Shown: positions 1-11,260, numbered from the stretch's first letter. The stretch: DNA of 34,269 nucleotides from Tubiluchus corallicola (GCA_030141605.1 JAQGDQ010001571.1:1-34269); one strand, 5' to 3'. Notes: generated by a model not told the origin, from the sequence alone. Made by a program: numbers and translations.

Positions 1-686
1 GAATATAGACTATCTGACTCCTCAATCACTCCAAGGTCTTTCATATTTTGCACTTCCAAACGCACTGCTTCTCTTTGCGCTTGTGAAATGCGGTAAGGCT
101 TTTGAGAAATTGGTTTGTCAGAAGTAAGATTGATTTTGTGTTCAATTAGATTAGTTTTCCCAGGTACGTCGGAGAATACAATGGAGAATTTATCTAAAAG
201 CTCAGTTAATTCCTGTTGTTGTTGTTTAGACAGGTGAGTGGGTATTACCACATCTTTGACACTTTGTGTCGGTGTAACTAATGATGGAGGAAAACAATGA
301 TCAGGCATATCAGTTTCTTGTTTCAAAGACAACCAAATATCTGCATTATTGTCCTCACCTAGTTCAGGCTGCTTATCAGAAAAGTTTTTAAACTGTTCTT
401 CTCTTGGCAGGATACTTTGTGCATAGAGAATTGTCTTTGCATCACGGGAAATATATTCCTTTAGATTATTGATGTGAAAGCATTGGGATTTCTTTCCTTT
501 TTTCTGAATAGCTATCTCATATACATATTCAGATATTTTGCTCAACACCTCGTATGGACCTTGCCATATTTTGGTCAACTTCTTCTGAGAAGAGGGAAGC
601 AGAACTAGAACTTGCATGCCTGGTTCTAAAGACCTATGACGACTTTTTTGGTCATACCAGTCTTTTTGTGCAACTTTAGCCTGCAA
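1..686 (-). mobile_element. Gmr1-like gypsy pol fragment (integrase C-terminus followed by RT N-terminus), mirror copy
   Basis: Reverse complement of 8145-8821 with a 9-bp indel and a few substitutions. Confidence 0.85.
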
Positions 687-1219
687 CTACTATGTCAAAT
701 ACTGTAACGTCTGCAAGATACAGCCACAACTGTTGAATATTAAAACAAACGTTTATTAAACGAGGATCAGTTTAGATAACCATTTGAACAAAGCAAATCC
801 CACATTACATAACTTCTACCTCGTGATGAGCCCGCTTAAATAATAAGGGAAATCTTAGTAAGCACAAACATTAAAATATTAGCCACAGATAAGAAATACA
901 ACTTTGTACGGGCATTCACGCAATAACAACTTATTACCTTGAATAATATATTTATCTCGAGATGTAAATATTTGTAGGGACTTGTAAATAAGCAAGTGAT
1001 CTTATACACGTGATTTCACCGTTGCACACCTTTTGTGCTTCAAAGTCATACATAAATTCTCTCAGTCACGAGGTTTTACCCTGTTTGTTGCACGTGTCTA
1101 TGTGATCTTTATTTGCAATTCGGGAAATACTGCTATATATAATACGTGACGCAGCGCTGACTGTAGACTGAATTTTCAAATTTTAAACCGTGCTGACAGG
1201 AATTTTCAATTATTTTAAA

Positions 1220-1355
1220 ATGGATTTCTCGGTACTAGACTTGCCAGAGGTGAACGTGGATGATGACGCGTATAAAATGAATCACAGGCGAAGAGGGAAG
1301 GCTGTACTGATAAATAACGAGACATTTACAGATCCTGATCTGACTCCAAGAAAAG
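1220..1355 (+). pseudogene. Duplicated caspase exon 1 (orphan copy, no downstream exons on + strand)
   Basis: MDFSVLDLPEVNVDDDAYKMNHRRRGKAVLINNETF..PRK then G|GTAACC donor; identical to 7476-7611(-). Confidence 0.8.
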
Positions 1356-1665
1356 GTAACCGTTATAATCTCTTATCCCCAAGAGAGCAAAGTGCTCATT
1401 TCTTTGTTCAAAGTTTTACGCGATTTTGTAAAAGTCGGAAACAACCAAAACTTGCTAACACGTATCAGAAATAAAGTTAATTCACATGTATAATACTTGT
1501 GAATCATTTGAAATTAAATCTAATTTAAGTACAATATGTTATTCGTTGTACATAGTATGAAACATGGAAACATTTAAAAGATTTGTTATATGAAAATGTA
1601 AATTGTTGATCTGAGCCTGCAAAAAGAGGCTCCTTTTTGTATATATGTTCCTTTTTGAATAAAGA

Positions 1666-2473
1666 TCTCTTATATTAATATTCTTGGTATGGGCTTAATA
1701 TATTTATATATATATAAGATTCGAGGCTACAGCTCCGACGAGGGCGCCATTTGCGGCGATCTATATATCAAACGAAAGGTCTCGATCTAGTGTCCGGGCC
1801 CACCGGGAGGAACGGGGGGTGAAAAACCTCCAAAAATGGCCATTTTTCGGCCGTTTTTTGCAAAAGTTATACGGCTGAGATGTAGAGAACGGGAATGGGC
1901 CGAGGGGGGTGCTGGCTATGGATAGATAGCCCGTTCAGCGGTGGGTGTAGTAGGCCTATTTAGAATTCCCGAGAGGACCACGGCGTCCCGTAACGGGCGT
2001 TTTCCTGGACCCAACTCGCGATTTTTTCGAAATTTTGACCAAACAGCCTGCGGAAAAAACGTTCTAGCGGCGCCTGGTGGGACTCTCGGAAGGAGATATA
2101 CAGCTCTTTACAAAGAGGAAGAACAGGGCTACACGATGATGTGGGTTATATTTTAGGACAGGTCCACCGAGAGGAGTATCAACGAGTTAATTACGTGTTC
2201 TATTTTCGACAATTTTCGCTTAGAAAACTGTGCTGACGCATGCCATTGTGCTGACGTCATCCATTGTACTCTGCCTATAACTTTAATTCAGCAAAAAGCT
2301 GCTTTGGGTTAGTTAAACATACAGTAGGCACGAGTAAACGCTGCTGCTTTGCGTTAGGTAAGTAGGCAGGATGTTACGGGCTTTGTGTTATAAATGAGGA
2401 CTAGGTAGGATGTTCGCGTATTATTGATTATACGTGTGTTTATACGCAAAATTTTTTGCGGGGCCTCTGCAAG
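1666..2473 (+). mobile_element. Non-autonomous Helitron-like element (mirror copy, 3' CTAG changed to CAAG)
   Basis: A|TC 5' end; cgcaaaa..ttttgcg hairpin ~9 nt before the 3' end; homologous to 6364-7165. Confidence 0.5.
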
Positions 2474-2896
2474 TTTTGTTTATTAATTTTGTTATAACAC
2501 GTATCATAACTTACCGTTTTTTCATTGACCTTTTGCTATTTGTTTCAATGGTGACCTTCGGTCTACACTTGACGAGGCCAAATTTTCCTATAGGTCAACA
2601 TGTAGTTAAAAATCTGTTGTGTTGAAATATGTGTTAATTTGGTTTGCAATAAATAGTAAAATACAACTATTCTTGTTTATTTAAAGAACGCACAAGTTTA
2701 CTCGCCATAACAAAACACATCGCGAAAAGTATATTGAGTCCAAGACGGTATACGGCTAATGTAGCCGTCTGATATGCCCTGAAATTTCGGCTTTTCTTCC
2801 GTCCCATTTGGTGATCTAAAAGGAAGCCTTGAAAAAGATACAAAGAGGAAGATTGGTGATGGTATGGGCACCCAGAAGCGAGTCGGGTGAAGCCTA

Positions 2897-3100
2897 TTAT
2901 GAAGAGATAGTGGTGGTGGCGGTGGTGGAGGTGGTGATGATGATGATGATAATGATGATGATGGTGGCGGTGGTGATGGTGGTGGTGCTGATGCTGATGA
3001 TGATGATGATGGTGGTGGTGGTAGTGGTAATGATGATGACGATGACGACGACGACGATAATGATGAGGATAGCAATGACCATGACGATGATGACGATGAA
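2897..3100. repeat. Compound (GAT/GGT/GAC)n trinucleotide microsatellite
   Basis: Directly visible; explains the low-complexity ORFs at 2698-3122. Confidence 0.95.
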
Positions 3101-3156
3101 GTCAAAAAGAGAAGAGGTATAAAGAGAAGGTGGAAAATTTCAAGTTTTTTACTTAC

Positions 3157-3310
3157 CTTCTACACAAGAATAACAAATTGAGAAATCAGAGTGAACAGGT
3201 AACTTAAAGAAACGTGGTGTGATGCCGCCAAACATACTCCCAGACGGACCATCTGTCGTCACATCTTCAATCACGTCTTCTCCATAATCAATTTTCTCCC
3301 CTCTACAGGT
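3157..3310 (-). CDS. Caspase exon 4: catalytic Cys (Q|TCRG), intersubunit linker, start of small subunit
   Basis: tttcttag|ACC TGT AGA GGG..: TCRGEKIDYGEDVIEDVTTDGPSGSMFGGITPRFFKLPVHSDFSICYSCVE G|gtaagt; phase matches exon 3. Confidence 0.9.
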
Positions 3311-3818
3311 CTAAGAAAAAAGAGAAATGATCATCTTTGTCCTGCAACTGTACAAACAAACAAGCAATAAACCTGGAACTTTTCTACTTTTCTGTTTCGA
3401 TTGTATTTTATAACTTCGTAATCAACACACACACAAAAAATTCTTTAAATTTTATTAACTTTTAAAAACAGTTAGATTGAATATTAGAAAAAAATATTTG
3501 AAAAAAATCGGAACATTTAACATCGCTTTCGTTCGGGTTTACTTAGTTTTACAAATTTATAGTTATGTGTCTATTAATTTTCACGAATTAATTCTATTAA
3601 TTATTATTTACAATTTTAGGAAAATTGCCTTTAATAAACTCTAAATGACTTTTAAATTAATTAGACATTGTGTGTGAACAAAAACTGACAATATTTAAAG
3701 AACATTTAGTATCGACAAAAGCGGTAAATTTTCAGACTAATAATAAAAACTAATAATAATTATAATAATATAATAATAATTATAATAATAATATAATAAT
3801 AATAATAACAATAATAAC

Positions 3819-4120
3819 TTGAATAATAAAAATTTTAGGTTTCCCGATCAGAGTTTTGCAATTGTCTCCTGCCACTAGACCGGTGATTTCCTCCACCAGC
3901 GCCACCTTTCCGCATTTGCCTATGACGTAGGAGCTGCCACCTTTCTCACTTTCCAGGATAAACTTCCCGTTAACTGTTTCCGTGAAATAACTGCACTCCC
4001 AGGTGTTGCGTTGCCTCTCCAAAGCTTCCTTCTGATGCGGTTCTACTATGGTCCCTCCACCACCATGTGATGCAATCATGACAACTAAGCAGTCAGCATC
4101 ACTGTGGTCTTCTGCAGCAA
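3819..4120 (-). CDS. Caspase exon 3: catalytic His (ASHG) to KPKIFIIQ
   Basis: ttcag|..VAAEDHSDADCLVVMIASHG...GDNCKTLIGKPKIFIIQ|gt; classic peptidase C14 p20 motifs. Confidence 0.92.
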
Positions 4121-4179
4121 CTGAACCATAGATATGTGAAAAATACCCAAAATGTTAATAAAAAATTAAACGTGACCAC

Positions 4180-4570
4180 TAGGGGTAAGCATCGAACGTT
4201 CAATTCGATTTGAACGAGTTTTTTTAGTTTGAATTTGATTCGAACCTAAAACTATAGATTCGAATAATTCAGCACTTCAGTCACATATGTTTCTTATCAT
4301 TAAAACAGATTGAAACAACATACAATTAGCATAATTTAGCTGTGATTTCTGAGCACAATTTTAAACGAATTATTAGTGGTTTTACAGTAGAACAAAATCG
4401 ACTAATATGCATGATCTTTGCAAGACTAATTTTTACTGGTAGTTCGAAAACTTGTTCGAAAATCTTTTAATCTCAATTCGAATTCGAAATATTGAGATTC
4501 GGCTATGTTCGAATTCGAGAGTCACAAATTCGATTCGAATTCGCTTTCTAGTAGAGATTGCTCTCCCCTA
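4180..4570. mobile_element. hAT-type MITE in caspase intron 2
   Basis: Imperfect TIR TAGGGGtaAGCA / TGCTctCCCCTA; 8-bp flanks gtgaccac/gtgacagc (6/8); many internal TTCGAA repeats. Confidence 0.65.
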
Positions 4571-4894
4571 GTGACAGCATGAACAATAAGCAAATTAGTA
4601 TCAGAAAATCTTGTTACCACTGCCAAATTTCAGTTCTGCAACTTCCTTCTGCCTTCAAGCTTTTCCTTTCCTCTGTTCTTTTTTATTCCATTGCCTTTCT
4701 TAGCTTTTCTATGTACACCTACTGCTTTTTCGGATATTTTTCGGATATATCCTGTTTCTTTTTGGTTATGATTATTTCATCTGATCGTTTTTATCTGTTT
4801 TTTCTATCCCGTTGCCTTGTTGTTTCTTCTTTAATATTAAAAAAAAGTTGTTTTTTTCCTTTTAAGCCAGGTGATGTAATATGTGTCTTATTAC

Positions 4895-5005
4895 CTTTGT
4901 TCATAGTTTTCATAATGTCTTCCATGGAATAGTCAATGCATTCATCAACTTCAAATCCAAGAGTCTCAAAGCACTTCCTCATATTTTCCACATCTCGTCT
5001 TGAGG
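4895..5005 (-). CDS. Caspase exon 2
   Basis: tttttaacag|..ASRRDVENMRKCFETLGFEVDECIDYSMEDIMKTMNK G|gtaata; 111 nt, phase 1-1; LGFEV caspase motif. Confidence 0.9.
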
Positions 5006-5029
5006 CTGTTAAAAATAGAATAACATTAA

Positions 5030-5562
5030 AGGAAGACTGGCCGGTTGTTTAGACTCAATCTCATTTTAATTTTCTGTCCAAAATATACATTTTCTTGCCT
5101 ATAAAAGTTAACAATCGTTCCATATATTTGAATAATTAGCTTAGAAAGTTAATTAACGGCAACCGAACACAGCTATTGCTTACGTCAGAAACTAACCAGT
5201 TTGTGCGATGGCAGGCATCTCCTTTGCACGTCAAGCATATTCGCATAAGTGTTACTGCTTAAACGCATGATGTCACGAAAGTGGGCTCTACGTCATATGA
5301 CGTCAGAAAGTAACACAGCAGTTCATGATCATGGTTATCACGCTACTGCCTTCTATTTATCGGCCACGCGAATGTGACAAAAAAGGCACCGCTGCCAATC
5401 TTTGTAGATTCACTGAGCCACGCATAGCTTTGAAAGTTTAACAAAATTTGAGTATCCGAGGTAATTATTATTTTATCTAAACTTTGATTTAAACAGAGAC
5501 TTTTGTAATTTTCAATATTTTAGAGCATTCTTTATTCTGAACTCCGGAAATCCAGTTTTCTT
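5030..5562. mobile_element. TTAA-flanked MITE (Kolobok-like)
   Basis: TTAA|AGGAAGACTGG ... CCAGTTTTCTT|TTAA (9/11 TIR match); internal TGACGTCA-like palindromes. Confidence 0.5.
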
Positions 5563-5728
5563 TTAACGAGGATGAAAGGCAATAAACAGATTGACGAAGA
5601 ATACTGTTTAGCGGTAATAGTTGCAAAACAAATTATCACCGAGCCTAAGAAAAGTGAATACATTGGCAAAAGCACAAATTAGTCAAACTGCTCAAAAGCA
5701 GGGCCGGGTTATGACCTTTTGGAGTCCC

Positions 5729-6010
5729 TTTCTTCTTCTTCTTCCCAGCTTTTCTCTATGCGGGGTCGCCGTTGTGAATAAGTTTTCTCCATGCATTCCT
5801 GTTGTTGACCATCTCTTCATTTATGTTCTTATCTCTAAGGTCTCCATTTATGCATTCAAACCATCTCAGCTTGGGTCGTCCTCTTTTTCTATTTCCCAGC
5901 ACTTCCATTTCCATGGCCTCCCTTCCCACGTGATCTTCCCCGACTCTCCTTCTCAGGTGCCCATACCATCGCAATCTTGCCTCTTGTATCTTTTTCGAGG
6001 CTTCCTTTTG
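5729..6010 (-). mobile_element. RTE-clade LINE 3' fragment
   Basis: KKIQEARLRWYGHLRRR...GNRKRGRPKLRW...NRNAWRKLI is the typical RTE C-terminus; followed by a (GAA)n tail. Confidence 0.88.
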
Positions 6011-6363
6011 GAGTCCGTATGGGACGACGAAATTATGAGGCCCTTATCAGACGAAGCCACGTCTAACTCGCCCATACCGTCTTGAATATTATCTTTTCTC
6101 GCGATGTGTTTTAGTGACGTTTACATAACTTGAAGTAAACTTATTACAAATTCTTTAAATAAACAAGAATAGTTGTATTTTACTATTTATTGCAAACCAA
6201 ATTAACACATATTTCAACACAACAGATTTTTAACTACATGTTGACCTATAGGAAAATTTGGCCTCGTCAAGTGTAGACCGAAGGTCACCATTGAAACAAA
6301 TAGCAAAAGGTCAATGAAAAAACGGTAAGTTATGATACGTGTTATAATAATAATAATAATAAA

Positions 6364-7165
6364 CTAGCAAAGGCCCCGCAAAAGATTTTGCGTATAAATA
6401 CACGTGTAATCAATAATATGCGAACATCCTACCTAGTCCTCATTTATAACACAAAGCCCATAACATCCTGCCTACTTACCTAACGCAAAACCTATACACG
6501 TGCCTACTGTATGTTTAACTAACCCAAAGCAGCTTTTTGCTGAATTAAAGTTATAGGCAGAGTACAATGGATGACGTCAGCACAATGGCATGCGTCAGCA
6601 CAGTTTTCTAAGCGAAAATTGTCGAAAATAGAACACGTAATTAACTCGTTGATACTCCTCTCGGTGGACCTGTCCTAAAATATAACCCACATCATCGTGT
6701 AGCCCTGTTCTTCCTCTTTGTAAAGAGCTGTATATCTCCTTCCGAGAGTCCCACCAGGCGCCGCTAGAACGTTTTTTCCGCAGGCTGTTTGGTCAAAATT
6801 TCGAAAAAATCGCGAGTTGGGTCCAGGAAAACGCCCGTTACGGGACACCTTGGTCCTCTCGCGAATTCTAAATACGCCTATGACACCCACCGCTGAACGG
6901 GCTATCTATCCATAGCCAGCACCCCCCTCGGCCCATTCCCGTTCTCTACATCTCAGCCGTATAACTTTTGCAAAAAACGGCCGAAAAATGGCCATTTTTG
7001 GAGGTTTTTCACCCCCCGTTCCTCCCGGTGGGCCCGGACACTAGATCGAGACCTTTCGTTTGATATATAGATCGCCGCAAATGGCGCCCTCGTCGGAGCT
7101 GTAGCCTCGAATCTTATATATATATAAATATATTAAGCCCATACCAAGAATATTAATATAAGAGA
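6364..7165 (-). mobile_element. Non-autonomous Helitron-like element in caspase intron 1
   Basis: Minus strand: A|TCTCTTATATTAAT 5' end; 3' hairpin CGCAAAA-TC-TTTTGCG, 9 nt spacer, CTAG|T. Confidence 0.6.
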
Positions 7166-7475
7166 TCTTTATTCAAAAAGGAACATATATACAAAAAGGA
7201 GCCTCTTTTTGCAGGCTCAGATCAACAATTTACATTTTCATATAACAAATCTTTTAAATGTTTCCATGTTTCATACTATGTACAACGAATAACATATTGT
7301 ACTTAAATTAGATTTAATTTCAAATGATTCACAAGTATTATACATGTGAATTAACTTTATTTCTGATACGTGTTAGCAAGTTTTGGTTGTTTCCGACTTT
7401 TACAAAATCGCGTAAAACTTTGAACAAAGAAATGAGCACTTTGCTCTCTTGGGGATAAGAGATTATAACGGTTAC

Positions 7476-7611
7476 CTTTTCTTGGAGTCAGATCAGGATC
7501 TGTAAATGTCTCGTTATTTATCAGTACAGCCTTCCCTCTTCGCCTGTGATTCATTTTATACGCGTCATCATCCACGTTCACCTCTGGCAAGTCTAGTACC
7601 GAGAAATCCAT
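7476..7611 (-). CDS. Caspase exon 1 (short prodomain, caspase-3/7-like); gene spans 3157-7611, 3' exons not found
   Basis: ATG at 7611; YKMNHRRRGKAVLINN motif; TATA-like TATATATAA ~80 bp upstream; phase-1 donor joins exon 2. Confidence 0.88.
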
Positions 7612-8144
7612 TTTAAAATAATTGAAAATTCCTGTCAGCACGGTTTAAAATTTGAAAATTCAGTCTACAGTCAGCGCTGCGTCACGTATTATATATAGCA
7701 GTATTTCCCGAATTGCAAATAAAGATCACATAGACACGTGCAACAAACAGGGTAAAACCTCGTGACTGAGAGAATTTATGTATGACTTTGAAGCACAAAA
7801 GGTGTGCAACGGTGAAATCACGTGTATAAGATCACTTGCTTATTTACAAGTCCCTACAAATATTTACATCTCGAGATAAATATATTATTCAAGGTAATAA
7901 GTTGTTATTGCGTGAATGCCCGTACAAAGTTGTATTTCTTATCTGTGGCTAATATTTTAATGTTTGTGCTTACTAAGATTTCCCTTATTATTTAAGCGGG
8001 CTCATCACGAGGTAGAAGTTATGTAATGTGGGATTTGCTTTGTTCAAATGGTTATCTAAACTGATCCTCGTTTAATAAACGTTTGTTTTAATATTCAACA
8101 GTTGTGGCTGTATCTTGCAGACGTTACAGTATTTGACATAGTAG

Positions 8145-8821
8145 TTGCAGGCTAAAGTTGCACAAAAAGACTGGTATGACCAAAAAAGTCGTCATAGGTC
8201 TTTAGAACCAGGCATGCAAGTTCTAGTTCTGCTTCCCTCTTCTCAGAAGAAGTTGACCAAAATATGGCAAGGTCCATACGAGGTGTTGAGCAAAATATCT
8301 GAATATGTATATGAGATAGCTATTCAGAAAAAAGGAAAGAAATCCCAATGCTTTCACATCAATAATCTAAAGGAATATATTTCCCGTGATGCAAAGACAA
8401 TTCTCTATGCACAAAGTATCCTGCCAAGAGAAGAACAGTTTAAAAACTTTTCTGATAAGCAGCCTGAACTAGGTGAGGACAATAATGCAGATATTTGGTT
8501 GTCTTTGAAACAACAAACTGATCATTGTTTTCCTCCATCATTAGTTACACCGACACAAAGTGTCAAAGATGTGGTAATACCCACTCACCTGTCCAAACAA
8601 CAACAACAGGAATTAACTGAGCTTTTAGATAAATTCTCCATTGTATTCTCCGACGTACCTGGAAAAACTAATCTAATTGAACACAAAATCAATCTTACTT
8701 CTGACAAACCAATTTCTCAAAAACCTTACCGCATTTCACAAGCGCAAAGAGAAGCAGTGCGTTTGGAAGTGCAAAATATGAAAGACCTTGGAGTGATTGA
8801 GGAGTCAGATAGTCTATATTC
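8145..8821 (+). mobile_element. Gmr1-like Ty3/gypsy pol fragment (INT GPY module upstream of RT start)
   Basis: QKDWYD..WQGPYEV..FHINNLKEY, then in frame VFSDVPGKTNLIEHKI..KPYRI..GVIEESDS. Confidence 0.85.
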
Positions 8822-9220
8822 CTGTGCGTTGAACTCTAGATTTGGTTCTGATGTCATTCCGTTGCTACTGTCAACTGACTGTCTGATCAACCCATCAACA
8901 TCACCTGCAAAGATGGAGAAAGTCAAAACTCTTTGCACCTTCTACATGGCTGATCTCGATGAAGAAACCCTCGAGTTGGAGTACCGCTTGTTCACTCATG
9001 CTGTCACTGCAGACTCTGTTCCTGAACATGTCAACACAAACTGCATTCACTCAATATACTGTTATATGACTTCTTCTGGACTGGACAAACTTTTCCCAAT
9101 GATCTCCATCGCATACCAGTTGATTCTGACTCTGCCCGTTACATCTTGCTCTTGTGAGAGATCCTTTTCTGCTCTTAAATTTGTCAAGAATGCTCTCCGC
9201 AGTACAATGAGTCAGACGCG
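8822..9220 (+). mobile_element. hAT transposase C-terminal dimerisation-domain fragment
   Basis: FPMISIAYQLILTLPVTSCSCERSFSALKFVKNALRSTMSQTR. Confidence 0.88.
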
Positions 9221-9267
9221 AATGCCTCTTGTTAGAAACAAAAGACAAAGGTTTCTGAAGTACAATA

Positions 9268-10204
9268 TTTTTGGCATGCTGCCAGATAATTCGTTTTGAC
9301 TGCTTGCGAGAGAAGTTTTTCGAATACTGCCAAAAAATCAATGTCACTTACTGCTACAAAATAGTTTTTGGCAAGCTGCCAGATAATTCGTTTTCATTGC
9401 TTGCAAGAAAAGTTTTTGGAATACTGCCAAAAAATCAATGTCACTTACTGCTACAAAATACTTTTGGCATGCTGCCAGATAATTCGTTTTTACTGCTTGC
9501 AAGAGAAGTTTTTGAAATACTGCCAAAAAATCAATGTCACTTACTGCTACAAAATACTTTTTGGCATGCTGCCAGATAATTCGTTTTGACTGCTTGCAAG
9601 AGAAGTTTTTGGAATACTGCCAAAAAATCAATGTCAGTTACTGCTACAAAATACTTTTTGGCATGTTGCCAGATAATTCGTTTTGACTGCTTGCGAGAGA
9701 AGTTTTTGGAATACTGCCAAAAAATCAATGTCAGTTACTGCTACAAAATACTTTTTGGCATGCTGCCAGATAATTCGTTTTGACTGCTTGCAAGAGAAGT
9801 TTTTGGAATACTGCCAAAAAATCAATGTCAGTTACTGCTACAAAATACTTTTTGGCATGTTGCTAGATAATTCGTTTTGACTGCTTGCGAGAGAAGTTTT
9901 TGGAATACTGCCAAAAATCAATGTCACTTACTGCTACAAAATACTTTTTGGCATGCTGCCAGATAATTCGTTTTGACTGCTTGCAAGAGAAGTTTTTGGA
10001 ATGCTGCCAAAAATCAATGTCACTTACTGCTACAAAATACTTTTTGGCATGCTGCCAGATAGTTCGTTTTTACTGCTTGCAAGAGAAGTTTTTCGAATAC
10101 TGCCAAAAAATCAATGTCACTTACTGCTATAAAATACTTTTTGGCATACTGCCAGATAATTCGTTTTGACTGCTTGCGAGAAAAGTTTTTGGAATGCTGC
10201 CAAA
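9268..10204. repeat. 97-bp tandem repeat, ~9.7 copies
   Basis: Unit ttttggcatgctgccagataattcgttttgactgcttgc..ctgctacaaaatac; ORF starts recur at 97-bp spacing. Confidence 0.96.
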
Positions 10205-10798
10205 TTTTTTTTGTTGTTTCCAGAAATATTTTCTGACATGTTCACAGACAGAAATATTTTGGTTACAACCATAAAAACTTTTCAAAAAAAAAGTCAAATT
10301 TTTTTTTCTGTGAGCAACTTGGTAAAGACTCAGAAAGAATTGCAGGTGTATTGATCTCTTCCACTCAAAATTTTTAACCACGGTGTGTATGTTCGTCTGT
10401 ACTTCCGTCCAAAAACCTTTGTATTACTTTTCCTGAACCGTTGTGGATGTAACAGCTTTTAGTATTTGTTTATAATGCATCCAGCTGTTTATCAATTCAA
10501 ATTCGTATTTGTTTTCGTTCACGCATGCGTGGATAAAGGGCAATGAAGCAAAATTTCTCCTCGAACTACAATGTGCAATAATTGAATGCATTTTACAGTT
10601 TAGCTGTGTAATTTCCCGAAGTGTTGAGTTATCTCTTTAAAGCTCAACCCAGCGTGGTTCCGCCTATATGATTTTGAAAATGAAAATTCTCCTGGGAATT
10701 CCCCTGGGAATTCTCCTCCCCCCCCCCCGTGTGACATTAGAAAGAATCTATAAGCTGTTCCACTTGGGCAGTTTTATAAGGAAAACTTGCAGGAGATG

Positions 10799-11260
10799 CA
10801 GGGATGAGAATTTTCCGCGGATACGCGGAATTCTGAGTTTTTGGAAGACCAGTAGTGCCATTTTTGTAAATCGCGTAAATTCGTTGAGAAAATTTTTACG
10901 GACCCAGTACATTATTTCACAAGCTGACCGCTAGTTGGCAGGCCATCACTTTGTTTACGTCACGTACATCAGTGTAACCACGTGTATATCTCTATGTATA
11001 AAAATATAGAATCAATTGTGCGAAGTTATTTGAGTCAATTGCAGACAGTTTTTATATACTTTTGCATAGGAGCAGGCAGTACTTAGGCGTTTTTGAGACA
11101 ATTAGGTATCATGTATCCTTGATAGTTGGGTATTCTAAATTATGCATGAAACAAGGTAATTGATATTGTAAGTCCACTTAGAGGCCCTCTATGGTCTACT
11201 CGGCCCCCAAGCCCCCGGCCTGTTTCAGAGTTTTTTTGCAATTTGTCATTCTCATCCCTG
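10799..11260. mobile_element. MITE (hAT/P-like) with 13-bp TIR
   Basis: CAGGGATGAGAAT ... ATTCTCATCCCTG, flanked by direct repeat ggagatg. Confidence 0.85.

Larger units (their letters stand above)
1..2688. repeat. Left arm of ~2.7-kb inverted duplication (mirror of 6151-8821)
   Basis: Base 1 onward is the reverse complement of 8821 downward; ORFs 1190-1474(+) and 7357-7641(-) are identical; near identity ends at ...ttaaagaa 2688 / ttctttaa 6151. Confidence 0.97.
6151..8821. repeat. Right arm of ~2.7-kb inverted duplication
   Basis: Reverse complement of 1-2688. Confidence 0.97.

Noticed and set aside
1941-2156. 71-aa ORF and its mirror at 6675-6890
   Set aside because: GTG-started frame inside a non-autonomous repeat; no domain similarity seen.
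2698-3122. Ser/Pro-rich or Met/Val-rich proteins, or caspase exon 5
   Set aside because: Translations of a trinucleotide microsatellite and a degenerate RTE mirror; no caspase small-subunit motifs.
4600-4890. Extra purine-rich caspase exon
   Set aside because: Stop codons and no good acceptor; exons 2 and 3 already join in phase.
9268-10204. CRISPR-like array or repeat-protein ORFs
   Set aside because: Units are near-identical throughout with no unique spacers and no cas genes; 97 is not a multiple of 3; eukaryotic context.
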